Shown here piece by piece: positions 1 through 13,167 of a stretch of 64,000 nt of DNA. Under the pieces are notes generated by a model, which ran no database searches, was not told the DNA's origin, and saw nothing but the letters and a program-made list of their open reading frames with translations. Position 1 is the first letter of the stretch. Every line of letters begins with the position of its first letter. Source of the stretch: Eledone cirrhosa (taxonomy: Eukaryota); assembly GCA_964016885.1 (NCBI GenBank), contig OZ024746.1, forward strand, positions 6,758,001 to 6,822,000, given 5' to 3'. Made by a program: the position numbers and the translations under genes.

Positions 1-520
1 CATTCTAACCACATGCCCATAGAATAGGAGTTGTGATCTCTCAATTTGGAGAAGTAGCAGATTTACCTGGAGTGACTCTCTGATCTCCGAGCTACGCACT
101 CTATCGGGTAACATTACTGCAAAGACCCTTTGGAGGTACCCCATTAACGGTCGCTTATATTCACAATCGTATTCTTTCGGTCATTACCCAAGATTCATGA
201 CCATAGGTAAGGGTTGGCAGGAATACCGAATTGAAGATAGCAAGTTTGATTTTTACACCTACTTCCCTTCTTCTGTTTACCAGATGCTGAAGCTGATGCA
301 TTACTGCACCAGCTTCAGCAATTCTTGCACTTAATTCAACCTCCTGCCTTCCATCACTCATGAACATGGCCCCGAGATACTTTAACTTCTCTAACTGCTT
401 CAGTGGACCTCCATTTACATGTAGAGTGCACTGTGCAGGAGGCTTCCTTGAGAGGAAGTGTCTCTGTTTTTGCAGCACTGATTTTCATTCAATCCAAGCA
501 GCACTTGGCATCAAACCTAT
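1..520 (-). mobile_element. RTE-clade (Expander/Rex3-like) LINE fragment, degenerate
   Basis: ORF 161-478 KLKYLG..FMSDGRQ..RI..A..VM...FNSVFLPTLTYGHESWVMTERIR is the post-RT region of RTE elements. Confidence 0.8.
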
Positions 521-670
521 CAAGTACATGTCAGAGATCAAATTCTGCCAAGTTAAGTAATACCATGTCATTTTGCTTTGTAATTCTTATTTACTAAAAT
601 AATATCAACATAAATTTTAAAGAAAAACTTTTATCTAAAATAATTACTATAGGAAAATAAGACAGGGTAA

Positions 671-743
671 TTTATTTATCTATAGAAACTAAGATTGATA
701 GCTTACTTATAGTTTGTACATAGCAGTCCTAATTTTTTTTATT
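671..743 (-). promoter_or_regulatory. Candidate polyadenylation signals (AATAAA at 743-738 and 676-671) for TRAF3IP1
   Basis: tttatt hexamers on the + strand about 60 and 125 nt downstream of the stop. The AT-rich context makes chance matches likely. Confidence 0.35.
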
Positions 744-800
744 AAATTAATTTGAATCATTAATGAAAAACCTCACTTCAGTGGATTGGATGTTGTTTAT

Positions 801-957
801 TTACAATTTGGCAACAGAATGTAACATAGCTTCAATGCGACTGTCATTGCGAATAACATTTGCTTTTATAGTGGCAATGATTTCTAGTTGATCTTTTATA
901 GCATGGTCTAATGTAGTCAGCTGCAGTTTTAATGGCTGAAGAGCTTTCTCAGTGATT
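801..957 (-). CDS. TRAF3IP1: TRAF3IP1 terminal coding exon
   Basis: Acceptor tatttcag (AG at 959-958). Phase 2 (GA+A=Glu), then ITEKALQPLKLQL...SVAKL, stop TAA at 803-801. Confidence 0.92.
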
Positions 958-2097
958 CTGAAATATAAAAAATATATATCAAACATAATATATACAAAAT
1001 ATAATAAAGTTATCAGTTTTTTTTTTTATTATATTTAATCTATCAAATAAGTTTAGCCTCCATCTGGTGAATTTATATGCAGGTCATGATTCTCTGAATA
1101 GACTTAAATCTTAGCTTAAATATAATTAACAGCAACTGGTTTAAAATACCCAAAGAAAAGAAGGTATACTGATAGAAAAAGAACATTTTTCCCCAATAGT
1201 AGTGATTTTCTTTTCTAAAAGTGAATTTATGTTTTAAAGAAAGGAGATTTTTTTCTTTGTTTTTATTTTTACTAAAAATTCCATGAATTTTTGTAACATA
1301 TCAAAGACAACAAATATAGTGTGGAAAATGGACATTAAACAGTGATGATGATGATGATAGAGAAACTTCATGGCATGTGTCAGTCTCAGTTTATAAGCCA
1401 TTTTCTACTCCATAAAAAGAGAATCAAAACAAAAAGAAAAGAAAAAAAATACAAATTGTATTTCTGGTTTCAGCTTTTTAGGAAATTTTACATTGAGAAG
1501 GACAGACGGAAGTTTTTTAAGTTTTCTTTAAAAACAACATTTATATATTCCTTTTTTTTTTTTTTTTTTTTAGGAAAAAAAAAAATTATATTTAACCAAG
1601 TCCCGAAACTGTTCTGAATCCTGAAACAAATGTCGTTCAGTTTGGGATATACATTTTCCCATTACCAAATATTCAATTCATTAGGTGCTAAGTCATTCAG
1701 TTAAATAAATGTTTCAAACAGTTTTTATTGCCAATGTCATTCTAAAAATCTCAATCATGATCAATTTAATATATCTCTCAAATCTGGCATGAGTTGAAGA
1801 ATTTTGGCAGAAGTTTAGTTTTTTTTATGGTTCAACGCTTTTCTTTGGTGCTTTACAGAATAGATTCAACGTAACTATTATGTGACTAATACAAAGCTTT
1901 ATGTTTTCCAAGGTGTAGAGAAATCATCACCACCATATAAACTATTAGTTTATTACAGTAAATATAATTTCAAATTACCATCTTTATAAGAAAAATAGAG
2001 AGTATTACAATGTTTAGAAATGCACTAAAACTAGAGGTTAGAACGAGAAACAGAAGAACGAGAACATTATATTTCAGATGCTTCACTAAATGGTACT

Positions 2098-2538
2098 CCG
2101 TATTCATGCCAATCCTTACCTATGTTCATGAATCTTGGGTAATGACTGAAAGAATATGATCGCGAATACAAGCGGACGAAATGAGGTTCCTCCAAAGGTT
2201 CTTTGGAGTAATGTTACTTGATAGAGAGTGTAGCTTGGAGATCAGAGAGTCACTCCAAGTAGAGCCACTAATTCCCTGAATTAAGAGGTCACAGCTCCAA
2301 TACTAAGAGCATGTGGTTAGAATGTCTCAGGAAAGAATCACTGGACAAATTTTATGGGCAAAACCAACCAGCAGAAGACCCAAGCAAGATGGTTGGATAA
2401 CATCCATGAGCCCAGCTGGTCTCACTTGGAGATCCAGCCAGATCAATTGGAAACAGTTGCTTCTGACAGGACCCATTGGAAGGTGTTTTTGAGGACTCTG
2501 CCCCACGACCTCTCAGGAATATGTGGGCGAAGAAGACT
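2098..2538 (+). mobile_element. Expander-like RTE 3' fragment (related copies 48600-48900, 54398-54720, 58075-58225)
   Basis: Homologous to the 1-250 copy (catgaatcttgggtaatgac). Shared 3' end ctctcaggaata(a/t)gtgggcgaagaag. Confidence 0.75.
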
Positions 2539-3019
2539 AATGTCTGGGTGGTTACACAAGAACACAACACACAACCCAGCCCAGGAATCAAACTGACGAC
2601 ATTGTGATCAAGTTCAACACCCTTACCACTAGGCCACATGCCTCCACATAAAGCATGTGGTAAAAGTACATTCTGAATAGGGCTAGTGATAAAAAACATG
2701 TCTGTCTCACAGCTTGTGGTTATTCAACATGGCTGTTACTGAAACGGTACAGTTAGGGTTGTTGTATAAGGCTTTAACTAGTGATTAGCATAGAATTGAC
2801 AGTTTCAGAAGTGTTCACCATAAGAGTCTAAAGAATCTAGTGCTAGCCTGTGTTAGCAAAGGTTACACAGTTCACAAGTCTGGATAAATTCATAAGTAGT
2901 GGAGAGATGATAAACTTACACAAACTTATAAACTTTATATATATATATAAGTGTGTATGTATTTATGTGTGAGTATATATGTGTGTGTATGCTTGAGACA
3001 TGGATCTCTCTATATATGA

Positions 3020-3074
<55 letters not shown>

Positions 3075-4235
3075 CAGGTTGTGGACGATATTTGTTCGCA
3101 ATTTTCAACTGCTAATTTTATGCAAATTTTTTTTACTTCCATTGTCACTCTTGTCTTCAGTGACTATATTTCCATTATTTATTTTCAGAATAATTGATTT
3201 TGAATAATTTTGAACCTCCAAATTTGTGGAAGAGACACGAGTTCTTCTTGGAATCCACGCGGGGAGGACAAATAAGGAAATTTCAGACTTTCTCAGCATC
3301 AGCAGGAGAATGGTGGAAAAGGTCAGAAAGGAATTGTAAGATTCAGGATTCGACTATGAAGCAACATCAGAGAGGAAAACACATGATCGACGATCTGATG
3401 CCTTCAGAACGCCCGAGTTCGTCGCTGAAGTTCAGGATATCATCAACAATGAACCTAGCAAGTCGATGTGTGCCATTGCAAGGGAGAAAGGCGTGGATGA
3501 AAAGCTCATTAGGCTGGTGGTACATGAAGACATTCACTACGTTTCATACAAGATGAGGAAAGGGCAATTTCTGTCAAAGGCGATGCAAGAAAAGCGGCTG
3601 AAGCACATAAAGAAGCTGATCAACAAGTTGAAACGCCCACTGGAGCCAGACATGCTGTGGTTTTTCTCCAACGAGAAAAATTTCTGCCAAGAGCAGAAGA
3701 TCAACTCCCAGAACAACAGGTGGCTCGCTGTCTCATCCAAAGACGTGCCCAGAGTCATGCAGACAAAGTTTCCAGCAACAACATTGGTCTTAGGTGTCAT
3801 CAACAGTCAAGGTGACATCATGCCACCTCACTTCTTCCCTGAGGGCCTCAAGCTGAACACCGATGGCTACATCTGAGCGAGGTAGTAAAGCCCTGGATCG
3901 ACCAGGTAGCTGCAGGTAGGCCGTACGTGTGGCAGCAAGACTCAGCGCCCTGCCATACCAGCCGAAAGACCCAAGCCTGGCTGTCAGAGAACTTTGTCGA
4001 CCACACTTCACCTGGCATCTGGCCTGACTGCAACCCCCTTGACTTCTTTGTGTGGAGCACACTGGAACGAGACACCAACAGATCAAAGCCAATGGCGGGT
4101 TTATCGAGTGAGATCGAAAGAACAAGTCATGAAGACAAACTGACCCAAGTTTGATAAATATATCTTAAAAAATAAAACTACTGTGTTATTTTTTAATAGA
4201 CAGTAATCTTGCAAACAAATATCGTCCGCACCCTG
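3075..4235 (+). mobile_element. Tc1/mariner superfamily DD37D (maT-like) transposon, defective
   Basis: About 27-bp TIRs CAGG(T/G)TG(T/C)GGACGATATTTGTT(C/T)GCAA with TA TSD. Transposase motifs WFFSNEKNF (first Asp changed to Asn), WQQDSAPCH and WP-DCNPLDF. D-D spacing is 33, or 37 if a PNSP deletion is restored. Frameshifts present. Confidence 0.88.
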
Positions 4236-4981
4236 TATATATATAAGTGTATGTGTGTAGAAAATTTCTTTTTCCTTCCTAGATGCTCCAAATTTTTCTT
4301 CCCAACTATGATATATAAAATGAAGCTATCAATCAGAATTGACATGTATTCCCAAAACACAACACCAATTTTGTTTTTCATGACACCAGATATGTATCAA
4401 TTCTTGGAAAGGAAAAACATTGTTAGATAAGGAAAAGAAATATAAAAAGACTATTTAAAAAATAAAAAAAATAATAGCACACACACACAATAGAACACAG
4501 ACACACACACAATAGAGACACAGACACACACACACAATAGAACACAGACACACACACACAATAGAACACAGACACACACACACAATAGAACACAGACACA
4601 CGCACAAAGGGGGGCAATATGGAAGCTAGCATATAAGTTAAATAAATCACAGTACAGGAAAGGTAACTGAGTTGTTTTAAAGTAGCAATTAGTGAAGAAG
4701 GAAAAGATTAAAGGAAAGTTGTAAGCAAATATTTGTTATTGTTAAACTGAATAATGAAGAAAATGTGCAGGGAGCAGGTATAATGATATCAATGCTAGAA
4801 TAACCATGCCACAAGTGAATACTTGATCATCATCTAAGGGATCTCATTTGAAGGGGCATAACTGGATTAGTAATGTATGATGAGCATTCAAGAGCTTTCA
4901 AATCATTTTATAGGTTAATTAGATAGGAGTGGAACAAATTAATTCTCGTATAATTTTTCTAATTTTTATTATTAAAGCACA

Positions 4982-5172
4982 AAGGTGGGTGGATTGGTAG
5001 TATCGGTAGAGGGTCGGACGCCATGCTTTGTAGCATAGAGTTACGCCCCATTGTGTTTTGAGTTCAAATTCCTCTGAGATTAACTTTGCCTTTCATCCTT
5101 ACGGGGTCGATAAAATAAAGTACCAGTAATGTACTGGGATAAATGCTGGCCTTGTGTCAAAAGTAGAAATAG
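4982..5172 (+). mobile_element. tRNA-derived SINE family A (core GCCTTTCATCCTTACGGGGTCGATAAAATAAAGTACCAG)
   Basis: A/B-box-like head, 13-bp TSD TTATTAAAGCACA. Other copies near 8480-8660(+), 24650-24866(-), 27650-27752(-), 28483-28668(-), 28716-28900(-), 39728-39905(-), 47460-47645(+), 51970-52164(+), 53641-53820(+), 54845-56596(-, split), 61354-61540(-), 63093-63278(-). Confidence 0.85.
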
Positions 5173-5745
5173 TTATTAAAGCACATTTTTATTTGAAGTC
5201 AGTTCCCAATTTTTTGAAACATCAAATACCAGTGGCTGTGAGCCTCTGGTCACTCAACCGTCAAGAAATAACAGCCAAATCTCCCCCTTCTCCAAAAAAT
5301 AAACCATATTCTACTTTAAAAAATGAAAACACCACATTGGACACCATAGTCCTAGATATACTGGCTAAAATAAGGATTAAAGGTCACATTAGACAATATA
5401 GTCCTAGATATACTGGCTAAAATAAGGATTAAAGTCACATTGGATAACATAGTCCAAGATATACTGGCCACAATAAGGATTGAAAGTCATAAAGGGAATA
5501 CTTTTGTCCAGCCATTCAGGCTGTAGAAACCAAGCTAAAAATAGTTCTGTATGAGCAAGACATGGTCATCTGATCTGACTTGTCTCGCAACATCACAACT
5601 CATCTAGCCCATGCTAACATGGTAGAATGGACGTTAAATGATGATGATGTTTACTAAATCGATGCTCAGTAAGATTATTCTAATACAACCATCTATTCAG
5701 GTGAAATGAAGATTTTAGATGTTAAATTGGACATACTAGTATCAT

Positions 5746-5804
<59 letters not shown>
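5746..5804. repeat. (GAT)n microsatellite
   Basis: Perfect trinucleotide run. The window has many other (TA)n, (GT)n, (GA)n and (AAT)n tracts, e.g. 6618-6736, 7441-7508, 28669-28717, 31183-31287. Confidence 0.95.
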
Positions 5805-5805
<1 letters not shown>

Positions 5806-5953
5806 GGAGATCCTTGATTTATTCATCAATAAATGCTGAGTCTTGAAATATCAGATTTCTTTTCTTCCATTGGTGGTATACAAACTCACCAATTTCACTG
5901 TACAATTCTTTTTGCTGACACAGAATCAAGTATTTTTCTTTTATTACTTACAT

Positions 5954-6296
5954 GGAGGCACATGGCTTAGTGGTTAGAGCATTGGCCTTGTAATCGAAAG
6001 GTTGTGAGTTCAATTCTCAGACCGGGTGATGTGTTGTTTCCTTGAGCAAGACACTTTATTTCACATTGCTCCAGTTTACTCAGCTGTAGAAATGAGATGA
6101 TAGGACTGGGGTCCCTATCATTCCACTGCAAAGTGGTCGTGGAGGTGCCATGGCAAAAAAGCACCCAGCACTCACTGTAAATGAGGTTGGTGTTAGGAAG
6201 GGCATCCAGCTGTAGAAACCAAGCCAGAATCAGTTCCCGTTCCACCGTTGCAAGCAAGGAAAAAGCAGACGTAAAATGAAATGATGATGATGATGA
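5954..6296 (+). mobile_element. tRNA-derived CORE-like SINE family B with RTE-type (GAT)n tail
   Basis: Head GGAGGCACATGGCTTAGTGGTTAGAGC...GAGTTCAATTC, CORE-like CCTTGAGCAAGACACTT, body GGAAGGGCATCCAGCTGTAGAAA, tail GGACGTAAAATGATGATG. Confidence 0.85.
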
Positions 6297-7433
6297 ATAA
6301 AGAGTCATGGAAGTATTCCTCAGAATTAATAGCATTCATAAATCTTCAAGATATATCAACTATCGTATGAAGTATCACACATAATATTAAAACAAAACTA
6401 ACAACAATAATGTTATTATTTATTGAATTCATATTAGATTAGAGCAAAATAAAGAAAGAAATGTTAATTTTATTTATTCACGTTTTGTTTTTTGTTTTTT
6501 ATTTTTTAGAATATATAAGCCATGGGTGTCAGCAATATTTTCTGATAAGGCAGTTGAAAAACTACAGATTGTGATGAATGAAAACTCAGATTTTTCACAT
6601 AAAATAAGCAGACCAATTTGTGTGTGTGTGTGTGTACGTGTGTGTGTGTGTGTCTGTGTGTGTCTGTATGTGTGTGTGTGTCTGTGTGTGTGTGTGTCTG
6701 TGTGTGTCTGTGTGTGTGTGTGTGTGTGTGTCTGTGTATATACATATATAAGAATATATATTTTCAAACAACATAAATATTACAATACTACTAACACCAC
6801 CACCACTACTACTACTACTACAACTACTACTCCCTACTACAAATACTACTACCACAACAACAACTACCACCATCACTACCGTTGCTAAGCATTATTAACA
6901 ATAATGATAATAATGAGAGGATGATGGTGAAAATGATTAAAGTGGCTAGGAAAAAAACACAAACACAAACAAAAATAAAACAGGCAACATTTTTCACTTC
7001 TTATCAATTAAGTAGAAAAGTATTAACTAACACTGATTAAAAAGAAAATCCCAATTCAAGAACTACAATAAAATAATAGAGAAACGAAGAATTCTAAAGA
7101 AATGCAAAAACTGCCAGATTGGTTCAAACAGACAGATTTTTCCTGATAGCTTCAATAAAAACTGATGATATTAATGAAAACTAAGTCAAAGTACTATTAT
7201 TTATTTAATAAACCTAAAACAGAATAAGTAAAGAATCAAATGGTAACATGCCTTTCATGTTTTATCACAAACAGAAAGTAAATTTCATTATCGATGGTTG
7301 TGATTGAAAAAAAACAACTATTTTTGATAACTCTTTGTTTATACCTCAGCATATTATTTATCAACAATCTGCTTCCTGATTGCAAAATTTTCTACAAAAA
7401 TTAATCATATATGTGTGTATGTGTGTGTGTATA

Positions 7434-7513
<80 letters not shown>

Positions 7514-7662
7514 AAATCAGAATAGAACCCGTTTAAAACTAGTTAGACCATTACTCAACAGAGTACTTGGAATAGTAGAGTATAGTTATATTATATAGAG
7601 TCAGACCAAATGGCTGAGCTCGGCCGTTGGGTCCGACTCTTTATAATATATATATATATATA

Positions 7663-7892
7663 TATAAAGAAAAAAAGATGAAATCGAAAATGCGACTGGA
7701 GTCTTATTTTTAAAAAATATATATATTTATTTGGTTCCTTTACCGGTTTCGCAGTTCTTCTGCTTTTCAAAAGTAGAATTGAGATGGAGGGTCTGTGGTT
7801 TTTCGAAACCGGTAAAGGAACCAAATAAATATATATATTTTTTTTAAATAAGACTCCAGTTGCCTTTTCGATTTCATCTTTTTTTCTTTATA
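7663..7892. repeat. Inverted repeat (about 89-bp arms 7663-7751 and 7804-7892) in a (TA)n tract, Penelope pLTR-like
   Basis: Arms are near reverse complements and overlap a hammerhead-like motif. Confidence 0.75.
7738..7773 (-). ncRNA. Minimal type-I hammerhead-like motif with U3/A8 core variant
   Basis: CTT-TTGAAAA-GCAG(AAGAA)CTGC-GAAA-CCGG-TA-AAG. Stem II 4 bp, palindromic stem III, stem I only 3 bp. Confidence 0.5.
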
Positions 7893-7990
7893 CTTTCACT
7901 CGTGTAGGACACCTCGGTTATTTTTCATTTTGTAAAAAAAAACTCACTTTCTAATATATATATATATGTTTACAAACCTATGTGTGTGTG

Positions 7991-8028
<38 letters not shown>

Positions 8029-9457
8029 TATTAAGTGGTTTCCCAATGTATATTGGGTGGTGACCTCAGTTAAAAAAGGTACTGAATAAATTAGTAGAGT
8101 ATAGGCATCTTTATTTTACTATAGAAATGACTTCTACAAGACTAGAACTGTTTCATATACAATCTATTATTAAGACCTTTCTGGATTTTATATCTGCTGT
8201 TCCACAGTTGCATATGTTGGACACACACACACATATATATATATATATTAGAAAACTAGTAATAATCCTTGCTCTTTCCCTTCTTTTCCTCTCATTTCTG
8301 GCATTTATAGTCCTTTCCAATATGTTGCTTTCTGTTTCTATATGTTTGTCTAAATATTAAATTCTTTATTATTTTTATGTAACTTTATTCTAGGAATATA
8401 TTTGAGTATTTTGAAATAAAATAATGAGAAGGTAATGAACAAAAAATTCTCCCAAAAAGGTCTGCATTATTAACAGCCAAGGGTGGTATATAGGCAGTAT
8501 CGGTAGAGGGTCGGACGCCATGCTTTGCAGCATAATGTTATGCCCCTTTACAGTCGGAGATCAAATCCCACTGAGGTTCACTTACCTTTCATCCTTAAGG
8601 GGTCGATAAAATAAAGTACCAGTAATACACTGGGATAATTGTGCCAAAAGTAGAAACAATTATTAACAATTAATCTAAATGTTGTGAACAGTGAAGAACC
8701 TAATGTTTTGAACTCTTGCCCTTTGTTTGAGAGAAAGTGATTTTGTCACGTGTTCTGACAAGTAAATGATGTAGAAACTGAATGGTGGCGCAAGTAGGAG
8801 AGTGACTGTCTATTATCTATTATTACCATATTCATAATCAAAACAATAACTATTGAATCTATCTATTTATCCAACAATTCCAGTCAACCAGGTAATAAAA
8901 ACATATTGATGAAAGGATCTAAACTTTCAGAAAAACAAAAGTTGTAATCACCAAAACTGAAAGAAGGACTGTAAAACCAAGGAAAATATCTAGGAACTAG
9001 TCACTCCACTCCCAAACAAATAAAGAAAGGCTACTGAAAATAATGAAAACATTGAAAGCTAGCTTGATATAAAGATATTATTCAATACAACATTTCGATT
9101 ATGTCTATCATTGAGAGAACGAGAGAACTACCTGTAGAAATAGTTATAAATGGATTGGATTGATAATTTCAAAGAATGGAGACCCCACCAATTTCTAGAT
9201 CTAATATGCAGATGAGGGGATCAAGAATAATGAAAAGCATTGGTTATTCAGGCAGTTGGTCATAAGTTGCTGATAGCAATATTATATTTTTATATGTACA
9301 TCATAGAATACTGTTTAATTATTACTGTTTTTCCTAAACAAGTTCGCCCACTGTCACTACTAAAGAATTAGATATTCAAACTTTATTGAAGCACTACATC
9401 ACCATATAGCCGAAGTAATCAGTCTTAGATGTAAAAGTTTAAATGTAAACACGTTAA

Positions 9458-9662
9458 CCCTTAGCATTTAAACCGGCCGTAATTCTCTCATCTCTTTCTG
9501 TTCAAACTGGCGGTAACTAACTGCTCATACTGACGTTAAGGTATTGTTCTCAAAATAAACAACAACAATGTAGATTCGATATTATGTGAGATAAATATGT
9601 AAGATAAAGCCTTTACCACAAAAATACCATAGTATATATCGAGTAATGTAAATGCTAAAGGG
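9458..9662. mobile_element. piggyBac-like MITE
   Basis: TTAA|CCCTTAGCATTTA...TAAATGCTAAAGGG|TTAA. Confidence 0.8.
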
Positions 9663-9799
9663 TTAAATAGGTTTCCTAATATTGCCTTCTAACATTAGCA
9701 CATGACCATACATTTAGGGTGAGGCTATAGGCAATTATAGAAACCACAGTACTTCACTGATAATTTATGCATAGCAAGGTTCATCTCAAAATAATTTAA

Positions 9800-10025
9800 C
9801 CCTTTCATGACTGCATTTTTAATGAAATACATTACATTTTAATTAATTAAGGAAGAATTTTGAGGGATTTACTACAATTATTAATTATTTCATTACTAAG
9901 ATAGTATCTTAATGTAAGGTTCTTATACAAAATTATTTATTTTAATTTAAATTGGAAACCTTTAAAATGGGTGGTTTTATTTCATAGAACTAGAGCTGGT
10001 TTTGGCTGGGTTGGTAACTAAAGGG
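9800..10025. mobile_element. piggyBac-like MITE, second family (partial copies 18218-18347, 30470-30656, 61905-61971)
   Basis: TTAA|CCCTTT...GGTAACTAAAGGG|TTAA, with homologous right ends elsewhere in the window. Confidence 0.7.
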
Positions 10026-10369
10026 TTAAATGTAAATTGTCCAATGTAGTAACAATTGTCAAAACAACACACTTCCATCACAGTAATACCATCAAATCTG
10101 AGAATCAAATAAACCACCTTGATCCTAAAGTAATAACTACTCAGTCATGTAAGTCAACAAATGAACTATTTTAAGAATAGCTAATGAAAAAATTGAGAAT
10201 ATATATATAATTAATAAATGTAATCTGAGTTTTTCGAATATATTAATAATAATATTCAATTCGTTTGCAATTATGCAAACAGCCTCTTTTTTTAAGCCAT
10301 GTCAGTAGAATGACACCGTCATTCTTGCTCTTGTATTGGCATGTATATATATATATATATATATATATA

Positions 10370-12671
10370 TCATCATCATCATCATCATCAGCGTTTAATG
10401 TCCGTGTTCCACGCTTGCATGGGTTTGGACGGGGGTAGTCCCACTTGAGGCAAGAGTGATTGTCTTGCTCGCATAGGACTGTCTGGCAGGTTTTCTACAG
10501 TTGGATGCCCTTCCTAACACCAACCACATTTACAGTGTGGGTCTGGGAGGTTTTTACCGTGTTGCCTACACGGCCACATTACAGCGTGGACTGTGTGTTT
10601 TTTTGTCGTGACACCTACACGATCTCATTTGTTTCGGCCTCGATGGCGCGGCACCAACATAACTTTACATAGAACGGGGTGGTGTGGATCGGGTGGGGGT
10701 GGTGGGACGGGGTGTATTTGTTAGAGATGCCTACTGGCTGGAGTAGGTTTTACTATATATTTAGGTAAGGCGGGTCTTCTCTGTTACTGAGTACCGCCAA
10801 AGGTCTCGGTCCAGTGACATTGTCTTGGAGAGGTGTAAGTGTGTGATGTCGGAGTTTATCAGCTCGTCCCAGGTTTTTCTAGGTCTGCCTATTCCGTGAC
10901 TACCGTCTATCTTTATTGCCCTGCACTTTGTTATACAGCTATCGACTTTCATGCGCATCACGTGTCCATACCAACGTAGCCTTCTCTCGAGTAAACAACA
11001 TCTGATCCCTCTTATCTCTAATTTATTCCTTAGTTCGTTTATGCTTTGCCGTTCACGTATATTACTGTTACACATCCAGCGGAGCATGCAAGCTTCGTTC
11101 CTCTCTAGTCTGCGTATATCCTCTGCACACAATGCCCAGGTCTCACTGCCATGCAGCATTGCTGTTCGTATGCAGGCATCGTACAACCTGCCTTTCATTT
11201 TTAGTGAGAACCCTTTAGCAGCTAATAGTGGTATAAGCTCTCTGAACTTTTTCCAACCAGTTCTGACTCTAGCTACAGTACTTTCAGAGCACCCTCCCCC
11301 ACTGCTGATTTTATCGCCCAGGTAACGGAAGCTGTCCACTATTTCTATAGAACCCTCTGCGCAATTGAAAGAGCTAGTAGTTTGTGGGCACTTGCTGCTA
11401 CTTATTGCACCAGAGCACCGGCCACATGTAAAATCTATGTTCTTAGTTAGCCTACCTGTGATCCCACTACATCTTTTATGCACCCATACTTTGCATTTAG
11501 GACATAAAATGGAGTTTCTACCTACGCCTTTCCTACACACCGAGCACGACCATTTCCCAGAAGGGACCGCCGCCTTGTTTTCTTTCCTACAAACTAGTAC
11601 TTTGGTCTTAGCCAGGTTAATTTTAAGTCCTTTTGACTCTAGGCCGTGCTTCCATGTTTGGAATTTCTTCTCTAGCTCGGCCATTGATTCCGCTATGAGT
11701 GTCAGGTCGTCTGCGTATAGGAGTTCCCATGGGCAGCCTGTCTTGAACTCCTCTGTTATGGCCTGAAGGGCAATAATAAATAGTAGTGGACTGAGAACAG
11801 AGCCCTGATGGACGCCGACTTTTACGCTAAACTCTTCACTATATTCGTTGTTAATTCTAACCTTGCTGACTGTTTCTTTATACATGGCTTGTATAGCCCT
11901 CACAAGCCATTCGTCAACGCCTAGTTTTCTAAGAGCCCACCAGATAATGGAGCGGGGGACTCTGTCGAAGGCTTTCTCCAAGTCGACAAAAGCTAAGTAG
12001 AGGGGTTTACCTTTAGCTAGGTACTTCTCTTGTAGTTGTCGTACTATGAAAAGAGCGTCTGTGGTACTTTTGCCTGACACAAACCCGAACTGCATTTCAT
12101 CTAGGTCAATTCTCTCTCTGATTAGTTGCGCTATTACTCTTTCCGTGACCTTCATGACCTGGTCGATTAATTTAATGCCTCTATAGTTACTCCTATCTAG
12201 GGCGTCTCCTTTACCCTTATAACAGTTAACGATGATGCTGCTATGCCAGTCCTTCGGAACAACCCCGTTTTGTACGACTTGGTTAACTATGCGGGTGACC
12301 ATGGTGTGTCCCACCGTGCCAGATGCCTTCAGCATCTCAGCAACTATTTCCGAAGGCCCAGCCGCCTTACCAGTCTTCATATCCTTGATTGCCTTACTTA
12401 TTATACTCCCCTCGACTAACACTGCTGGTCCCTCTATTGGGTCGATATGGGGGAGACTGCCTTTCTCCCAATTATTCTCCTCATTTAGAAGCCTTTAATA
12501 GTGACACTTCCAAGCTACCTTCTTATCAGCGTCGGTGATGGCAAGTGTGCCATCGTCGTTTAGTACACACTTCTCCCCGACAATATCACGGTTTTCCTTG
12601 ACGCATTGCCTAGCAATCCTGAACACCTCACGTTTTTGGTCATCGCGTTGTAGAACATGCTTGAACTTTCT
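10370..12671 (-). mobile_element. 5'-truncated RTE LINE (RT plus PHD-like finger), inserted in (TA)n
   Basis: ORFs 12495-12670 and 10761-12422 are in frame with one TAA between them. RT motifs YRGIKL, FVDLEKAFDRV, GVHQGSVLSPLLF, YADD. (GAT)n tail at 10370-10390. Confidence 0.95.
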
Positions 12672-13167
12672 TATATATATATATATTGTACAGAAGTGTA
12701 GTACTACAGGTAATTTGAAATTTGATTCTGTGTAGAGCAAGAGATTTTGAGGGGAGAAAATGCAAGAAGAAAAAAACTGAAATAAAAAATAAAGAAATAG
12801 GAAAAATAATTTAAGTTAGAAATGATATTTTGTTGTAGATAATGTATTAATTGAATATATTAAGAACTGAGACCATTTGCTACATATAAAGAAATGCAAA
12901 AGTGACACAGAAACAATACATTTACTCAAGAAACAGCCTTAAGAAATATTCTGCAGCAAGAGAAAGTTGAGATTAAGGAAGAGAACATAAATTTAATGAT
13001 ACAATTGAGAGAGGATTGCTTTCTAAATTTAGAATGGTACAATTAAATGCCTATATATAAGTGAAATTTTATTTAATAGCTGTGAGCAAGCTCTAAATAA
13101 CAGACATTTCTCAGAATTGAGCAAGAATATTTCAATGATTGTTAGATTCTATATAATAAATACTTAC

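Noticed and set aside
2916-3207. YI/TH/CV-rich short ORFs here and elsewhere
   Set aside because: Translations of dinucleotide microsatellites.
5954-6025. Functional tRNA genes at SINE heads
   Set aside because: No complete cloverleaf; the heads continue into multi-copy SINE bodies.
7162-7190. CTGATGA-TATTAAT-GAAA as a hammerhead
   Set aside because: No stem I pairing and no viable stem II.
10951-12498. Plus-strand ORFs opposite the RTE (also 54980-56095 on minus)
   Set aside because: Antisense shadows of the RT ORF.
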